A stretch of 64,000 bases of DNA from a virus. The stretch is taken from IMG/VR virus record IMGVR_UViG_3300032294_002363, positions 55,720 through 119,719 of that record. One strand, 5' to 3'. A program made the position numbers and the translations under genes. Below are positions 49,328-58,688 of this stretch, one piece after another (position 1 is the stretch's first letter; every line of letters begins with the position of its first letter). Under the pieces are notes generated by a model. The model searched no databases. It saw nothing but the letters and a program-made list of their open reading frames with translations, and was not told the DNA's origin.

Positions 49328-50428
49328 ATGGATTTTAAAGAAAGCTTAGGATACGATGACATCGCGCTTCTTCCAAATTTTTCAGATATTATTTCAAGAA
49401 AAGAAATATCTACGATAACAAAGATAAGCAAATCAAAATATATAGATATTCCAATTATTCTATCTCCAATGGATACTGTTTCTTCAGTTAAATCCTGCGT
49501 AAAAATGAATAAAGTAGGGGCCGCTGGAGTTTTGCATAGATTCATGTCTATTGAAGATCAATATACAAAAGCGAAAAAGATAAGGGATGAAAGCAACTTT
49601 TGCGTCACAGCTATTGGCTTAAAAGATAGTAAGGATAGATTAGAAAAACTTTCTTCAGTTACAGATATATTCTTTCTAGATACAGCTAATGGTCTTTCAA
49701 TTCAAGTTGAAGATTTTTTGATTAATTATAAACAATCATCTTATAGTCAAGATATCATCGTAGGCAATACATTAACAAAACAAAGTGTTTATAGATTAGC
49801 TAATTTAAAAGCAGACGGATTTAGACATTTAATTGGGCCTGGAAGTATGTGTTTAACTCAAATGAAAACTGGAATTGGATGTCCAAGTGTTACTGGTTTG
49901 TATTACGGCTGGAAAGCTGTTCGAAATTATCAATTAGCAAATCTAGATTATTTTAGGCATGAAAATCCAAAAGAAGAAAATCGTCCTAGTGTTTTAGCTG
50001 ATGGCGGAATTAGATATCCAAAAGATTTGGTTAAAGCAATTGCATCTGGAGCAGACGCAGTAATTTGTGGAAGAATTTTCGCTGGATTAGCTGATGTAAT
50101 TGACGAAGAAAATATAATTGAAAAAGATGGAAAGAGATACGCAAAATATAGAGGTATGGCAAGCAAAGATGTTGTAGAAGATTACGATCTATATGATGGA
50201 ACAAAAAAGAATTTGTTTGTAGAAGGAGATAATACTTTAATTCCATTGATTGAAAATAAATCTATAGAAGATGTTGTATATGACTTCGCCAATGGCTTAA
50301 GAAGCTCTATGAGCTATCTTGGATTCAGATCAATCGAGAGTATGCGCGGAGGACTATGGACAGATCTAATTAAAGCCGTTAGAGTTACAGCTAACAGTCA
50401 ATATGAAGGATTTGCACATGGTAAATAA
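49328..50428 (+). CDS. IMPDH/GMP reductase family enzyme without CBS domains; GMP reductase favoured
   Basis: SPMDTV, GVLHRF, GPGSMCLT, LADGGIR, YRGMAS, VEG; flap lacks the Arg-Tyr dyad. Confidence 0.85.
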   Translation: MDFKESLGYDDIALLPNFSDIISRKEISTITKISKSKYIDIPIILSPMDTVSSVKSCVKMNKVGAAGVLHRFMSIEDQYTKAKKIRDESNFCVTAIGLKDSKDRLEKLSSVTDIFFLDTANGLSIQVEDFLINYKQSSYSQDIIVGNTLTKQSVYRLANLKADGFRHLIGPGSMCLTQMKTGIGCPSVTGLYYGWKAVRNYQLANLDYFRHENPKEENRPSVLADGGIRYPKDLVKAIASGADAVICGRIFAGLADVIDEENIIEKDGKRYAKYRGMASKDVVEDYDLYDGTKKNLFVEGDNTLIPLIENKSIEDVVYDFANGLRSSMSYLGFRSIESMRGGLWTDLIKAVRVTANSQYEGFAHGK

Positions 50429-50432
50429 TCTT

Positions 50433-50804
50433 ATGAAAAATATTATAATTATAATTGCTACGATCTGGCTTACGATAAGTATATCAAAAGCTCAAACTAC
50501 ATATCAAAAGTATGACGGCGTTACGAGAGGGGCTGAATATCATATAGCTAAATCTCAGATAGAGTCAAATAAAAAGTTTGTTGAAATGTTAAAGAAGCAA
50601 AAAGAATCTTATTCTGTACTTGATAAAGATCAGTCAGTTACTAGATCAAGAATACAAGGAGTAATCTCAGCCAAGGAAAATGAAAGTTTCAGATTGAATC
50701 AAAAAGCATTTATGTTAATGGATGCTAACAAAATATCAGATGTAGATAGATACAATTCTGAATACAATCAATACAGGCCAACAGTACATAACAATGGAAG
50801 ATAA
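50433..50804 (+). CDS. Secreted hypothetical protein
   Basis: Signal-peptide-like MKNIIIIIATIWLTISISKA; start moved to 50433. Confidence 0.55.
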   Translation: MKNIIIIIATIWLTISISKAQTTYQKYDGVTRGAEYHIAKSQIESNKKFVEMLKKQKESYSVLDKDQSVTRSRIQGVISAKENESFRLNQKAFMLMDANKISDVDRYNSEYNQYRPTVHNNGR

Positions 50805-51057
50805 TCAACAAAATATTAATCAAGAAAATAATGATCAAATTAAACTCGATCATAGTCCTTACGCAAGAGCAACATTCTTTTCTCCTATTGTAAGAGTTCT
50901 GCCAAAAATTGGTAGAAATTCTATATGTCCTTTAGAGAGTAAAAAATTTAAAAATTGCTGTGGTAAATCTGGTCAAGACTTTTGTACAAAAGCTAAAGAG
51001 AATTTAGAAAATTATATTAATGAATTAAAAGTGAAGCAAGATGATAAAAGCAGTTGA
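50794..51057 (+). CDS. SEC-C-motif-like small protein (degenerate)
   Basis: KIGRNSICPLESKKFKNCCG versus consensus GRNDPCPCGSGKKYKKCC. Confidence 0.6.
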   Translation: MEDNQQNINQENNDQIKLDHSPYARATFFSPIVRVLPKIGRNSICPLESKKFKNCCGKSGQDFCTKAKENLENYINELKVKQDDKSS

Positions 51058-52039
51058 TATTATTTTTGGTTTAGCTTGGGGTGATGAAGGGAAAGGCAAA
51101 GTAAGTAATGCTATCTCTAAAAACTATGATATTGTTTGCCGTTGGAATGGTGGACCAAATGCAGGGCATACAGTTTATTTAGGTGAAAAGAAATATAAAA
51201 CTCATATAATACCTTGTGGAATATTCCAAAATAAACTTAGTGTTATAGGACCAAATTGTGTTATTAATGTCGATAAATTTTTTGATGAAATAGAGTATCT
51301 AGATAAGGAAGGTTTTGATACTTCCTTAATTAAGGTAAGTCCAAAGGCTCATATTATTACTCATAAACATATTGAATATGATTTAAAGGTACTTAAAAGT
51401 AAATTAGGCACAACTGGACAAGGTATTGCTCCAGCTTATGCAGATAAGATGTTAAGAGTTGGGAAGCTTGCTAAGGATTATATTGATAAGAAATATATTT
51501 GGAATGGAGAGCTTTATGGAAATATTCTGTGTGAAGGCGCGCAAAGCTTTTGGCTTGATATTAATTATGGTGATTATCCCTATGTTACTAGTAGTGAGAC
51601 ATTACCTTATTCGGCTTGTTCTTTAGGATTTTCTCCTAAAAAGATTAGAGATATTATTGGTGTAGCAAAAATTTATGATACGAAGAGCGGTGTAGATCCT
51701 CTTTTTCCAGAGACTCTTTGGCAAGATCCAGAGTTAAGTATGTTAATAGAAGTAGGTCAAGAATTTGGATCAACTACTGGAAGACGTAGAATTGTGAACT
51801 GGCTAAATTTAAATAAACTAATTGATGCAATTAAAATATCTGGTATTAATAAATTAATTATTAATAAATGTGATATCCTAGATAAAATACATACTTATAA
51901 GTTATTTCAGAATAATAATCTTTATAAATTTGATAAACTAAAGTCTATGGAGAATTTTATAAAAGCACAGATACATCACTCCTTAGAAGATTATATTGAT
52001 ATAATATTTTCTGGTCATAAATCATATATTGATGTGTAA
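51041..52039 (+). CDS. purA: Adenylosuccinate synthetase (short form)
   Basis: WGDEGKGK, GGPNAGHT, GTTGQGI, EGAQ, YPYVTSS, TTGRRR, NKCD. Confidence 0.93.
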   Translation: MIKAVDIIFGLAWGDEGKGKVSNAISKNYDIVCRWNGGPNAGHTVYLGEKKYKTHIIPCGIFQNKLSVIGPNCVINVDKFFDEIEYLDKEGFDTSLIKVSPKAHIITHKHIEYDLKVLKSKLGTTGQGIAPAYADKMLRVGKLAKDYIDKKYIWNGELYGNILCEGAQSFWLDINYGDYPYVTSSETLPYSACSLGFSPKKIRDIIGVAKIYDTKSGVDPLFPETLWQDPELSMLIEVGQEFGSTTGRRRIVNWLNLNKLIDAIKISGINKLIINKCDILDKIHTYKLFQNNNLYKFDKLKSMENFIKAQIHHSLEDYIDIIFSGHKSYIDV

Positions 52040-52045
52040 CTAAAG

Positions 52046-52218
52046 ATAGTTCTTTGTTTATTTATACTGGTGGCCCGAAACTGGGGCATAAATGACCAAC
52101 ACAACACCTCGACAAAGAGAGGCCATGAAGCTCAAGATCTAGACCACAGAGGGTCGATGATCATCGAGGCAACCGGGTTATCCAGCTAGGGCCTCCATTA
52201 TAAATAAATAGAAACTAT
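52046..52218 (+). ncRNA. Candidate rod-like structured RNA (unassigned family)
   Basis: Nested helices: long AT closing stem, TGG/CCA, GGCCC/GGGCC, CTGG/CCAG, ATGACC/GGTTAT, CCTCGA/TCGAGG; GC-rich core in an AT-rich genome; GTGTAA at 52034-52039. Confidence 0.55.
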
Positions 52219-52224
52219 ATATAG

Positions 52225-55050
52225 ATGAATAAAATTTCTGGAACTAGAAAATTATATAGCGCGACTACACCAGCGTCAACATTAGATATTGCTTCTAGTT
52301 TTAATTCGACTTATTTAATTTATACAGACGAGGAATTTCTTACTAGTGGAGCTTTAAATGTTAAAGACTTTATACCGTATCCAGTTGGAGATTCTATATC
52401 TAAAAGAACTACTAGTAGTGGTTATTTAAATCAATTAATTAATTACAGAAAAGAAAATTACCAATCAAAATGGTATGAATCTGGCTGGTTTAAGAATTTT
52501 AGAGAAAGTGGAACTAGATATAAATTTGCTAAAACTTTTTATCGTTTAAATGAAGATCCATATTCTACAGTTAATGGTCAAGCTTATTGCTTAGATAGAG
52601 TTTTAACTGCAAATTTCTCTGAAGGTGGTGGTTATCCATATGGTTTTCCAGACGAATATCCTAAAGATATAACTAGTGGAACAAAATTTAAAATTTGTGG
52701 ATATATAGATAATGATCCTTATTTTCCACCATTTATATCTCCATATAAAAATATATATGAATTAGTTGACCATAGTGGAGTCCAACAAGGATACATGGGA
52801 AGAAACTATTGGACAAAAGATGAACTACTTAATTTTGGTCTATACGAAGGTTTTGCTAATGTTAAAAATGCTGGAATAAAATCTGGTATAGCTACTGGAC
52901 AAGAAATAACTTATAATAAATTATATTTTCAAGATAATATACCAAATCTTGATTGGTGTTTAACTAATAACTGTTCATTTTTATATGCAAATATTCGTGG
53001 CGCAAGAAATCTTTCTATTGATAATCCATATTTTTATGGACAAAATACGGTAGTAAAAAATAGAATTTTTGTATTCTCTGGTAATTTAAATTTTGTACCA
53101 TCTGGAACTTCTCCAGAAATATTTGATCTTGGATATGGTCCTTATTTTGAATTAGGTAATACAGGTCTATTTGCTAAAAATTTATATAATCAACTTACGG
53201 GCATTGATCTTAGTGGATCAATTTTAGATACGACTTCCAAACATATACATATAATTAACACTGGTGATCTACCAAAGAATTTTTATTTGTCTTCTACAAA
53301 TACTGGATTTTTACAAATTGTTGATGATACATATAAAACAAGTAATTTCTACTATCCAAATAACAGCTCAAGATCTGGAGAACTAGTTCAATATTATACA
53401 GTAGGTAAAAATAAATCTATTCCAGTTAGATATCTAATGGACTTTAATACTGGCTCATATACAAGTTCATTCAATGCTCCAATAATAAATAATACTTATT
53501 ATGTAAGCACAGGTGCAATTATATTGCACGAAGTAACTGGAACAATTTTAGACAATGGAGTATTAAGTTTCTTAACAAAACAAAAATATATTAGAGCAAA
53601 AATGTCTGCAGAAGATAATAAAACTAGATTTTTAGTTGATGATTTTTATTTTTCTGCTGGTAAAAATTTTAATGTTACAACAATCGCAAGAACTGGCAAT
53701 AGTATATCATTTGATTTAAGTGGAAGATTATTAGTTCAAACTAGCGGTATTGCAACTGGAAATATTTTTGCACTAACAGTTTATTCTACTGGACAAAATG
53801 TAGAAAATCAAAGGAATTCACTTATCGCTAGATACAATTCTGGTATAAGATCAATTCCAGATAAAGATGCAAGAGCTTCTATTAGAGTATCTACAGAAGA
53901 TGGTGATATAATTAGAATACTTAATACTGAACAGCAATATTTAAAATATGAATCTGGATATCAAGGTTTATTTTTAGGATCGGGTACATCAAATTGGATT
54001 CCTGTATCCAAAAAATCAGGAACAAATTTTGATCCTTATACTGGCGCAGTTCAATTAGATTTATTATTTAGAATTAATAGTGGCAACTTACCAGTATTTG
54101 ATCTAAGCAATAATAAACAAGAATATTATATAATTAAAAGTGGTTTAGGATCTTATGTTTATGAGAATGCGCAAGCATTTCCAATAGGCGCACCAAATCC
54201 TTCATACAAAGTATATTCAAGTGGTCTAATTACAGGTATTTATTTAAAACGAGGATATCAATACAATTTACTTCAAGTTAATAACACAGATACTTTCCCA
54301 TTAGCAGTTAGAGGAGATATTTCTAAATTGAGAGTAATTGAACCAAATTATAATAAAAATATTACTAAGAATTATAGACTACTTCAATTTACTGTTGATG
54401 AAAAAGCAAATGATGTTAATTGGTTTTCTGTAAGAGCAAATCCATCTACAGGGATATTTCAATTAACAGGACAAAATTTAGATAGAAATTTTAATAATAT
54501 AATTGGTATCAAAATATCAACTCCAAATCAAATACCTCAAGATCAAAGAGTAGCAAGAACAGGCATGAAGATTGTTTACTATATTAATAATTCTTTCGCT
54601 CCAGAGATTAAATTAGATAAAAATGCAAGGTATACTTTTGATGTTTGGACAGGTTATACTGGTTTTTATCTATATACAGGAAGTAGTATTTATGGCTCTG
54701 GACTTAATGAATATTCTGGCTCAAATATTGCTAAAATTCCATTAAGTGGACTACTAGTAAATAGTGTTAGTCCTTATGAAGTTACTGGGTATGCAAAAGA
54801 AACATTCAATAGATATGTTATTAACACTACTGGTTTAAATAATAACTTATATTATGGTGATAAATATTCAGCTTATGCAGGAAATAAATTATCAATAATA
54901 GATGAAAATCAAACAATAAATAGATTTAGTAATTATGTAACTCCAATTTTTACTGGCATAATAAGTATTCAAACTAACGATATAACAGAGCCATCTATAA
55001 GAATAAATTATAATTTAATGCAAAATTCTGGATCAATACCAATAGTATAA
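52225..55050 (+). CDS. Large hypothetical protein, probably virion/tail
   Basis: 941 aa, Gly/Ser/Thr/Asn-rich like the other structural ORFs. Confidence 0.6.
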   Translation: MNKISGTRKLYSATTPASTLDIASSFNSTYLIYTDEEFLTSGALNVKDFIPYPVGDSISKRTTSSGYLNQLINYRKENYQSKWYESGWFKNFRESGTRYKFAKTFYRLNEDPYSTVNGQAYCLDRVLTANFSEGGGYPYGFPDEYPKDITSGTKFKICGYIDNDPYFPPFISPYKNIYELVDHSGVQQGYMGRNYWTKDELLNFGLYEGFANVKNAGIKSGIATGQEITYNKLYFQDNIPNLDWCLTNNCSFLYANIRGARNLSIDNPYFYGQNTVVKNRIFVFSGNLNFVPSGTSPEIFDLGYGPYFELGNTGLFAKNLYNQLTGIDLSGSILDTTSKHIHIINTGDLPKNFYLSSTNTGFLQIVDDTYKTSNFYYPNNSSRSGELVQYYTVGKNKSIPVRYLMDFNTGSYTSSFNAPIINNTYYVSTGAIILHEVTGTILDNGVLSFLTKQKYIRAKMSAEDNKTRFLVDDFYFSAGKNFNVTTIARTGNSISFDLSGRLLVQTSGIATGNIFALTVYSTGQNVENQRNSLIARYNSGIRSIPDKDARASIRVSTEDGDIIRILNTEQQYLKYESGYQGLFLGSGTSNWIPVSKKSGTNFDPYTGAVQLDLLFRINSGNLPVFDLSNNKQEYYIIKSGLGSYVYENAQAFPIGAPNPSYKVYSSGLITGIYLKRGYQYNLLQVNNTDTFPLAVRGDISKLRVIEPNYNKNITKNYRLLQFTVDEKANDVNWFSVRANPSTGIFQLTGQNLDRNFNNIIGIKISTPNQIPQDQRVARTGMKIVYYINNSFAPEIKLDKNARYTFDVWTGYTGFYLYTGSSIYGSGLNEYSGSNIAKIPLSGLLVNSVSPYEVTGYAKETFNRYVINTTGLNNNLYYGDKYSAYAGNKLSIIDENQTINRFSNYVTPIFTGIISIQTNDITEPSIRINYNLMQNSGSIPIV

Positions 55051-55053
55051 TAT

Positions 55054-55860
55054 ATGTCTTGTAAGCAATATCTTCAATTAAAACCAGCCTCATATTTTGC
55101 TGAAGAAACGAAATGTTTTAATAGTTTAAATTGTGAATCAAATTGCGCTTGTTGGGAAGGTATTATAGACAGGATGTTTAATTATGGTCTTCCTTTTCCT
55201 AATAGTTGTGCAAATTTTCCCTTTAGCTATACAAGATATGATTATAATACCAACTTAGATCCTTGTGATTATTATAATAATGGTTCAAGATTCCCTTATG
55301 AAATTGAATCCGTATGTGTTGAAGGCTTCCAGGCTGGTAAGGATATTAGAAGCGATAGTTTATATCTAGGAAATTGTACCTCAGATAAACGATTAGTTGC
55401 TAAAGTATTGGCTGATTTAATTAGCGAAAAAGAAAAAGAATTGTATCCAAAAGAAAATAAATTTTTTCCAGAAACATGCATCAGCGATTTGAGCGATGAA
55501 ATTCTTGAACTAAATAGTAGTCTTAATATACTATTAGGATGTGAAGCTCCATGGGTTTTATCTTGGAAAGGACCCTATGTAGAATCTCATATTGTTGAAT
55601 CTTATGGTACACCACCTTGTGATGGATTTAATTGTTTCTACACAGTCGAAATGCCATATAATAATTGGTTTAAACAAAAACAACCAGACTGGGAAGCTCC
55701 AAATCCTTTACCAGAAGGATGTTCTCCGCCCCCACCGCCTTCCCCAAGTTCGCCAAGTTCACCACCAACGATACCTCCTCCACCTCCAACTCCTGGCTGT
55801 ATTAATGGCGGATGGTTTTTTGTACCACCAGAAGGTTTTACTTCTCCAATTTATAATTAA
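55054..55860 (+). CDS. Cys-rich protein with C-terminal extensin-like Ser-Pro tract
   Basis: CSPPPPPSPSSPSSPPTIPPPPPTPGC (55720-55800). Confidence 0.7.
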   Translation: MSCKQYLQLKPASYFAEETKCFNSLNCESNCACWEGIIDRMFNYGLPFPNSCANFPFSYTRYDYNTNLDPCDYYNNGSRFPYEIESVCVEGFQAGKDIRSDSLYLGNCTSDKRLVAKVLADLISEKEKELYPKENKFFPETCISDLSDEILELNSSLNILLGCEAPWVLSWKGPYVESHIVESYGTPPCDGFNCFYTVEMPYNNWFKQKQPDWEAPNPLPEGCSPPPPPSPSSPSSPPTIPPPPPTPGCINGGWFFVPPEGFTSPIYN

Positions 55861-55897
55861 TTTAGATTTTTATCTATTTCTATCTATAATATTATAG

Positions 55898-56350
55898 ATG
55901 AATAATTTTGAACCTATAAATGTAAGAGCACTAATCGAGACAGATAAGACTTTTGATATTCTAAAAGATAAATATAAAGAGATAGAATTAGATCTTGTTA
56001 GTTGGAGAGAAAATCCAACATGTGAATGTGGAAATAGAGTAATGAAATTTTTTGAAGAATTATTTCAAAATGAAGACGCTAAGAATTTTATTAATGAATT
56101 ATCAAAAGATGAAGGTGTAGAAAATAAAAAGAAACAAATCTTAGAGAAATTTTCTCAAAGAAAAAAAGTAATAGATCCAAATGGTCCGCCTCCACCAGAC
56201 TTTACAGATTATAGAGGTAAAGTTTTAGTTGTTGGAAAGAATGACGAAGACTGGGCTAATCTATGGAATAAAATAGTAGAAGAAAAAGCTGTATTTAGAA
56301 ATTTTTCAATCGTAGAGACACCAGAATATTTAAAAGTATATTTTCTTTAA
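55898..56350 (+). CDS. Hypothetical protein (CECG, GPPPP)
   Basis: 150-aa ORF. Confidence 0.6.
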   Translation: MNNFEPINVRALIETDKTFDILKDKYKEIELDLVSWRENPTCECGNRVMKFFEELFQNEDAKNFINELSKDEGVENKKKQILEKFSQRKKVIDPNGPPPPDFTDYRGKVLVVGKNDEDWANLWNKIVEEKAVFRNFSIVETPEYLKVYFL

Positions 56351-56352
56351 TT

Positions 56353-57486
56353 TTAATAAAAATAGCTGCAGGGTAAACATACTGGATCAAAGTTAAATCT
56401 AACATAAAAGCCATATCCACCATATTGATTAGTAGAACCAGCTGAATAATATGGATTCATTGTTGAAGTTTTTGCGCCCCGATTACATCTAAAGGCTACA
56501 TCTGGTTGCCAAGTTGGTAAAGCATAATAAAAGCCTGTTGGTCCACAGGAAGATTGATAAGCAGCAGCAGAAAAAGAACAACCACCTACGATTGGTAAAG
56601 TTGTATTTCCGTAAGTTCCATTTATCCTAAAAAATTGAGTGCTATTTGGACCATCTCTATAGACAGTAACTTTATAAGAAGTATCTATTGTCCCTAATAC
56701 GCTACAGGTTGGAGCAGCAGATACATTATATCTCATAAAAACTGCTGGTACGCATCCTTTTGGATTATTTTGATATCCGACAATTGATGGATAGTATCTA
56801 CAGCCATCTAACCATGTTGTAGTCGGACCAACGGCTTGACATCCATGTGGAGGCATAACATAAGAAGAATTCATCCATGCGTTATTATCATTGTAATAAT
56901 TTGCTGTTTCTGGAAATCTTCCAGAGTAAGGAGTATCTCCTCTAAAATTACAACTAAAACTATCATTAAAAGATTCTGCTAATCCGCCATCCCACATTTG
57001 ATAACTAATTGGTTGGAGAGATGCGAGGCCAGTTTCAGTTAAATAGTAAGGTCTTAAATTCATCTCTATTCCAGCATGCCCATATCCATCTAAGAAAGTA
57101 AATGAAGCAGGATTAGATGGTGCATTATAATCACTTGGTTTTGGTCTATCAATTACAATTGTTAAAAAATGATTAAAAAATGGCTCATTTGAATCTCTAG
57201 AATTGTATAAGGTTGGATAATCAGTATATCTTTGTTTATTTTGTAAAGTTGTTCCAATTGCGTCAGTTTGATTTCCAAATACTAGAGTTGTATTTCCAAC
57301 GGACTTTAAATCAAAAGAACCTAAATAAGTTTTATTATTTCCCCAAGGATCATAAATATTATTAGAATAGTATACATGTCCAGATTTAGCAGTTGTAGAA
57401 TAAGTTGAAAATCCACCATTATTAGTTATCTCTAAAGCTAAAAATTTCTTAGTTAAGTTAAATGTGGCAGAATTAAATGTTGACAT
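56353..57486 (-). CDS. Cys-rich hypothetical protein
   Basis: 377 aa with many Cys; start overlaps the end of the upstream GT gene. Confidence 0.6.
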   Translation of the reverse strand: MSTFNSATFNLTKKFLALEITNNGGFSTYSTTAKSGHVYYSNNIYDPWGNNKTYLGSFDLKSVGNTTLVFGNQTDAIGTTLQNKQRYTDYPTLYNSRDSNEPFFNHFLTIVIDRPKPSDYNAPSNPASFTFLDGYGHAGIEMNLRPYYLTETGLASLQPISYQMWDGGLAESFNDSFSCNFRGDTPYSGRFPETANYYNDNNAWMNSSYVMPPHGCQAVGPTTTWLDGCRYYPSIVGYQNNPKGCVPAVFMRYNVSAAPTCSVLGTIDTSYKVTVYRDGPNSTQFFRINGTYGNTTLPIVGGCSFSAAAYQSSCGPTGFYYALPTWQPDVAFRCNRGAKTSTMNPYYSAGSTNQYGGYGFYVRFNFDPVCLPCSYFY

Positions 57487-58351
57487 ATTGTTTAATATAG
57501 CTGTTTATATAATTACATAAATATAGTGATGATTTAGACATACTATTTTCATATGCCATATTAATATTATTCCATGCTTTATATTGTTTTTTATCAAATA
57601 TAGTATTATCACCTTCTTTTATAGAATAACAATAATGTATTAATTTATAATTAGGATTACCGCAATCCCAAGGTGGATGCGCTACTTGATCGTATTTATT
57701 AAATTTAATCTCATATTCGGCTAGACTAAAGTTTAAAGCCCACATCTCTGCGACCCAATCTTTAAGTAAAGGATTATCATTATTATTTGTTCTTAGAATT
57801 TGAACTAATTCGATCCAACGATTTACAACTTTTCTAAAATCTAACTCTCTGATTATAATCGGTATACCAACTGGTTGATAATGTTCTTCGAAATCTCTTT
57901 TAACTCCAATTTTAAATTTATAATATTTTTTACATTTGTTAGAAAAACCATTCAAATCTAATCTCATATAATCTATATACTGAGCAAAATTTTCTTTCTT
58001 AATTATTTCTTCATTAAAGTTATTTACAAATAAACAATCTGAATCTATCCATAGTATCATCCTGTCATCACAAGGCTCAATATTATCTAAAAAATACTTT
58101 AGGCCAAAAGGTTTATTATATGGTGGATAAAGGTCTTTATTGATTATTCTTTTTGATGGGTGTCTAAATGTCTTTATCTCTATTTCATCTTCGAAAGAAT
58201 ATCTATCATACTTTTCATCAGCTAAGATATTAACGAAATCTCCAGATTGACCTACATCTAGCCAAGATCTATAAAGCAATTTTACCTGCCAGTTCATGTA
58301 ATTTATATTTTCTGAACTGACTAGTGTGATACAATTTTTATCTAGAATCAT
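57473..58351 (-). CDS. Plant-type peptidyl-Ser O-galactosyltransferase / Hyp O-arabinosyltransferase-like glycosyltransferase (GT96/GT95-like)
   Basis: Ordered motifs TLVSSENINYMNWQ, YPPYNKP.GL.YFL, WIDSD, RWIE, WVAEMW, LIHYCY, FDKKQY parallel SERGT1/HPAT blocks as recalled. Confidence 0.75.
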   Translation of the reverse strand: MILDKNCITLVSSENINYMNWQVKLLYRSWLDVGQSGDFVNILADEKYDRYSFEDEIEIKTFRHPSKRIINKDLYPPYNKPFGLKYFLDNIEPCDDRMILWIDSDCLFVNNFNEEIIKKENFAQYIDYMRLDLNGFSNKCKKYYKFKIGVKRDFEEHYQPVGIPIIIRELDFRKVVNRWIELVQILRTNNNDNPLLKDWVAEMWALNFSLAEYEIKFNKYDQVAHPPWDCGNPNYKLIHYCYSIKEGDNTIFDKKQYKAWNNINMAYENSMSKSSLYLCNYINSYIKQYVNI

Positions 58352-58353
58352 CT

Positions 58354-58539
58354 GTGTTATTTATATATAATAATTATATGGGCAAAAATTACCAAAAAAT
58401 ATTAGAGTTAATTAATCAGATGATTAATTACAATATGTATATGGATATTAAAGAAAATAGTGAAAATATAGGTGAAAATTGGAATGTTTTTCATCTTAAA
58501 ATGCTCAAAGAATTAATAAAAGATGAAGAAGTCAAATAA
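58354..58539 (+). CDS. Small hypothetical protein (probable start ATG at 58378)
   Basis: MGKNYQKILELIN..FHLKMLKELIK. Confidence 0.5.
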   Translation: MLFIYNNYMGKNYQKILELINQMINYNMYMDIKENSENIGENWNVFHLKMLKELIKDEEVK

Positions 58540-58687
58540 AAAACAAAAATACTACGCGGTATATTCAAAGAATGATAACTTTTTTTATGGAGCATTTCCA
58601 TTATCTAAAGAAGGTAAAATAAAAGCAGAGCAATATTTAGCTAAAATTTCAAATAAATCTGGGTCTTTTTATATAAAGAAAACTTAA
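58523..58687 (+). CDS. Small basic hypothetical protein (54 aa), not in ORF track
   Basis: MKKSNKKQKYYAVYSKNDNFFYGAFPLSKEGKIKAEQYLAKISNKSGSFYIKKT; fills the gap, stop 1 nt before the next ATG. Confidence 0.6.
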   Translation: MKKSNKKQKYYAVYSKNDNFFYGAFPLSKEGKIKAEQYLAKISNKSGSFYIKKT

Positions 58688-58688
58688 G

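Noticed and set aside
50433-50804. Bacteroidota host inferred from Gln after the signal peptide and scarce Shine-Dalgarno sites
   Set aside because: A single example; the many TTGACN-N17-TAnnnT promoters are canonical sigma70 type rather than the Bacteroidota TAnnTTTG type, so the host is left undetermined.
51041-52039. PurZ (2-aminoadenine, Z-genome pathway)
   Set aside because: The catalytic Asp is retained (WGDEGKGK, whereas PurZ has Ser), the GTP-type NKCD motif is present, and no datZ/mazZ-like neighbours are visible; this is a short canonical PurA.
52072-52193. Hammerhead ribozyme (stem-GAAA-stem)
   Set aside because: No CUGANGA core in the required position before the closing GGGCC strand.
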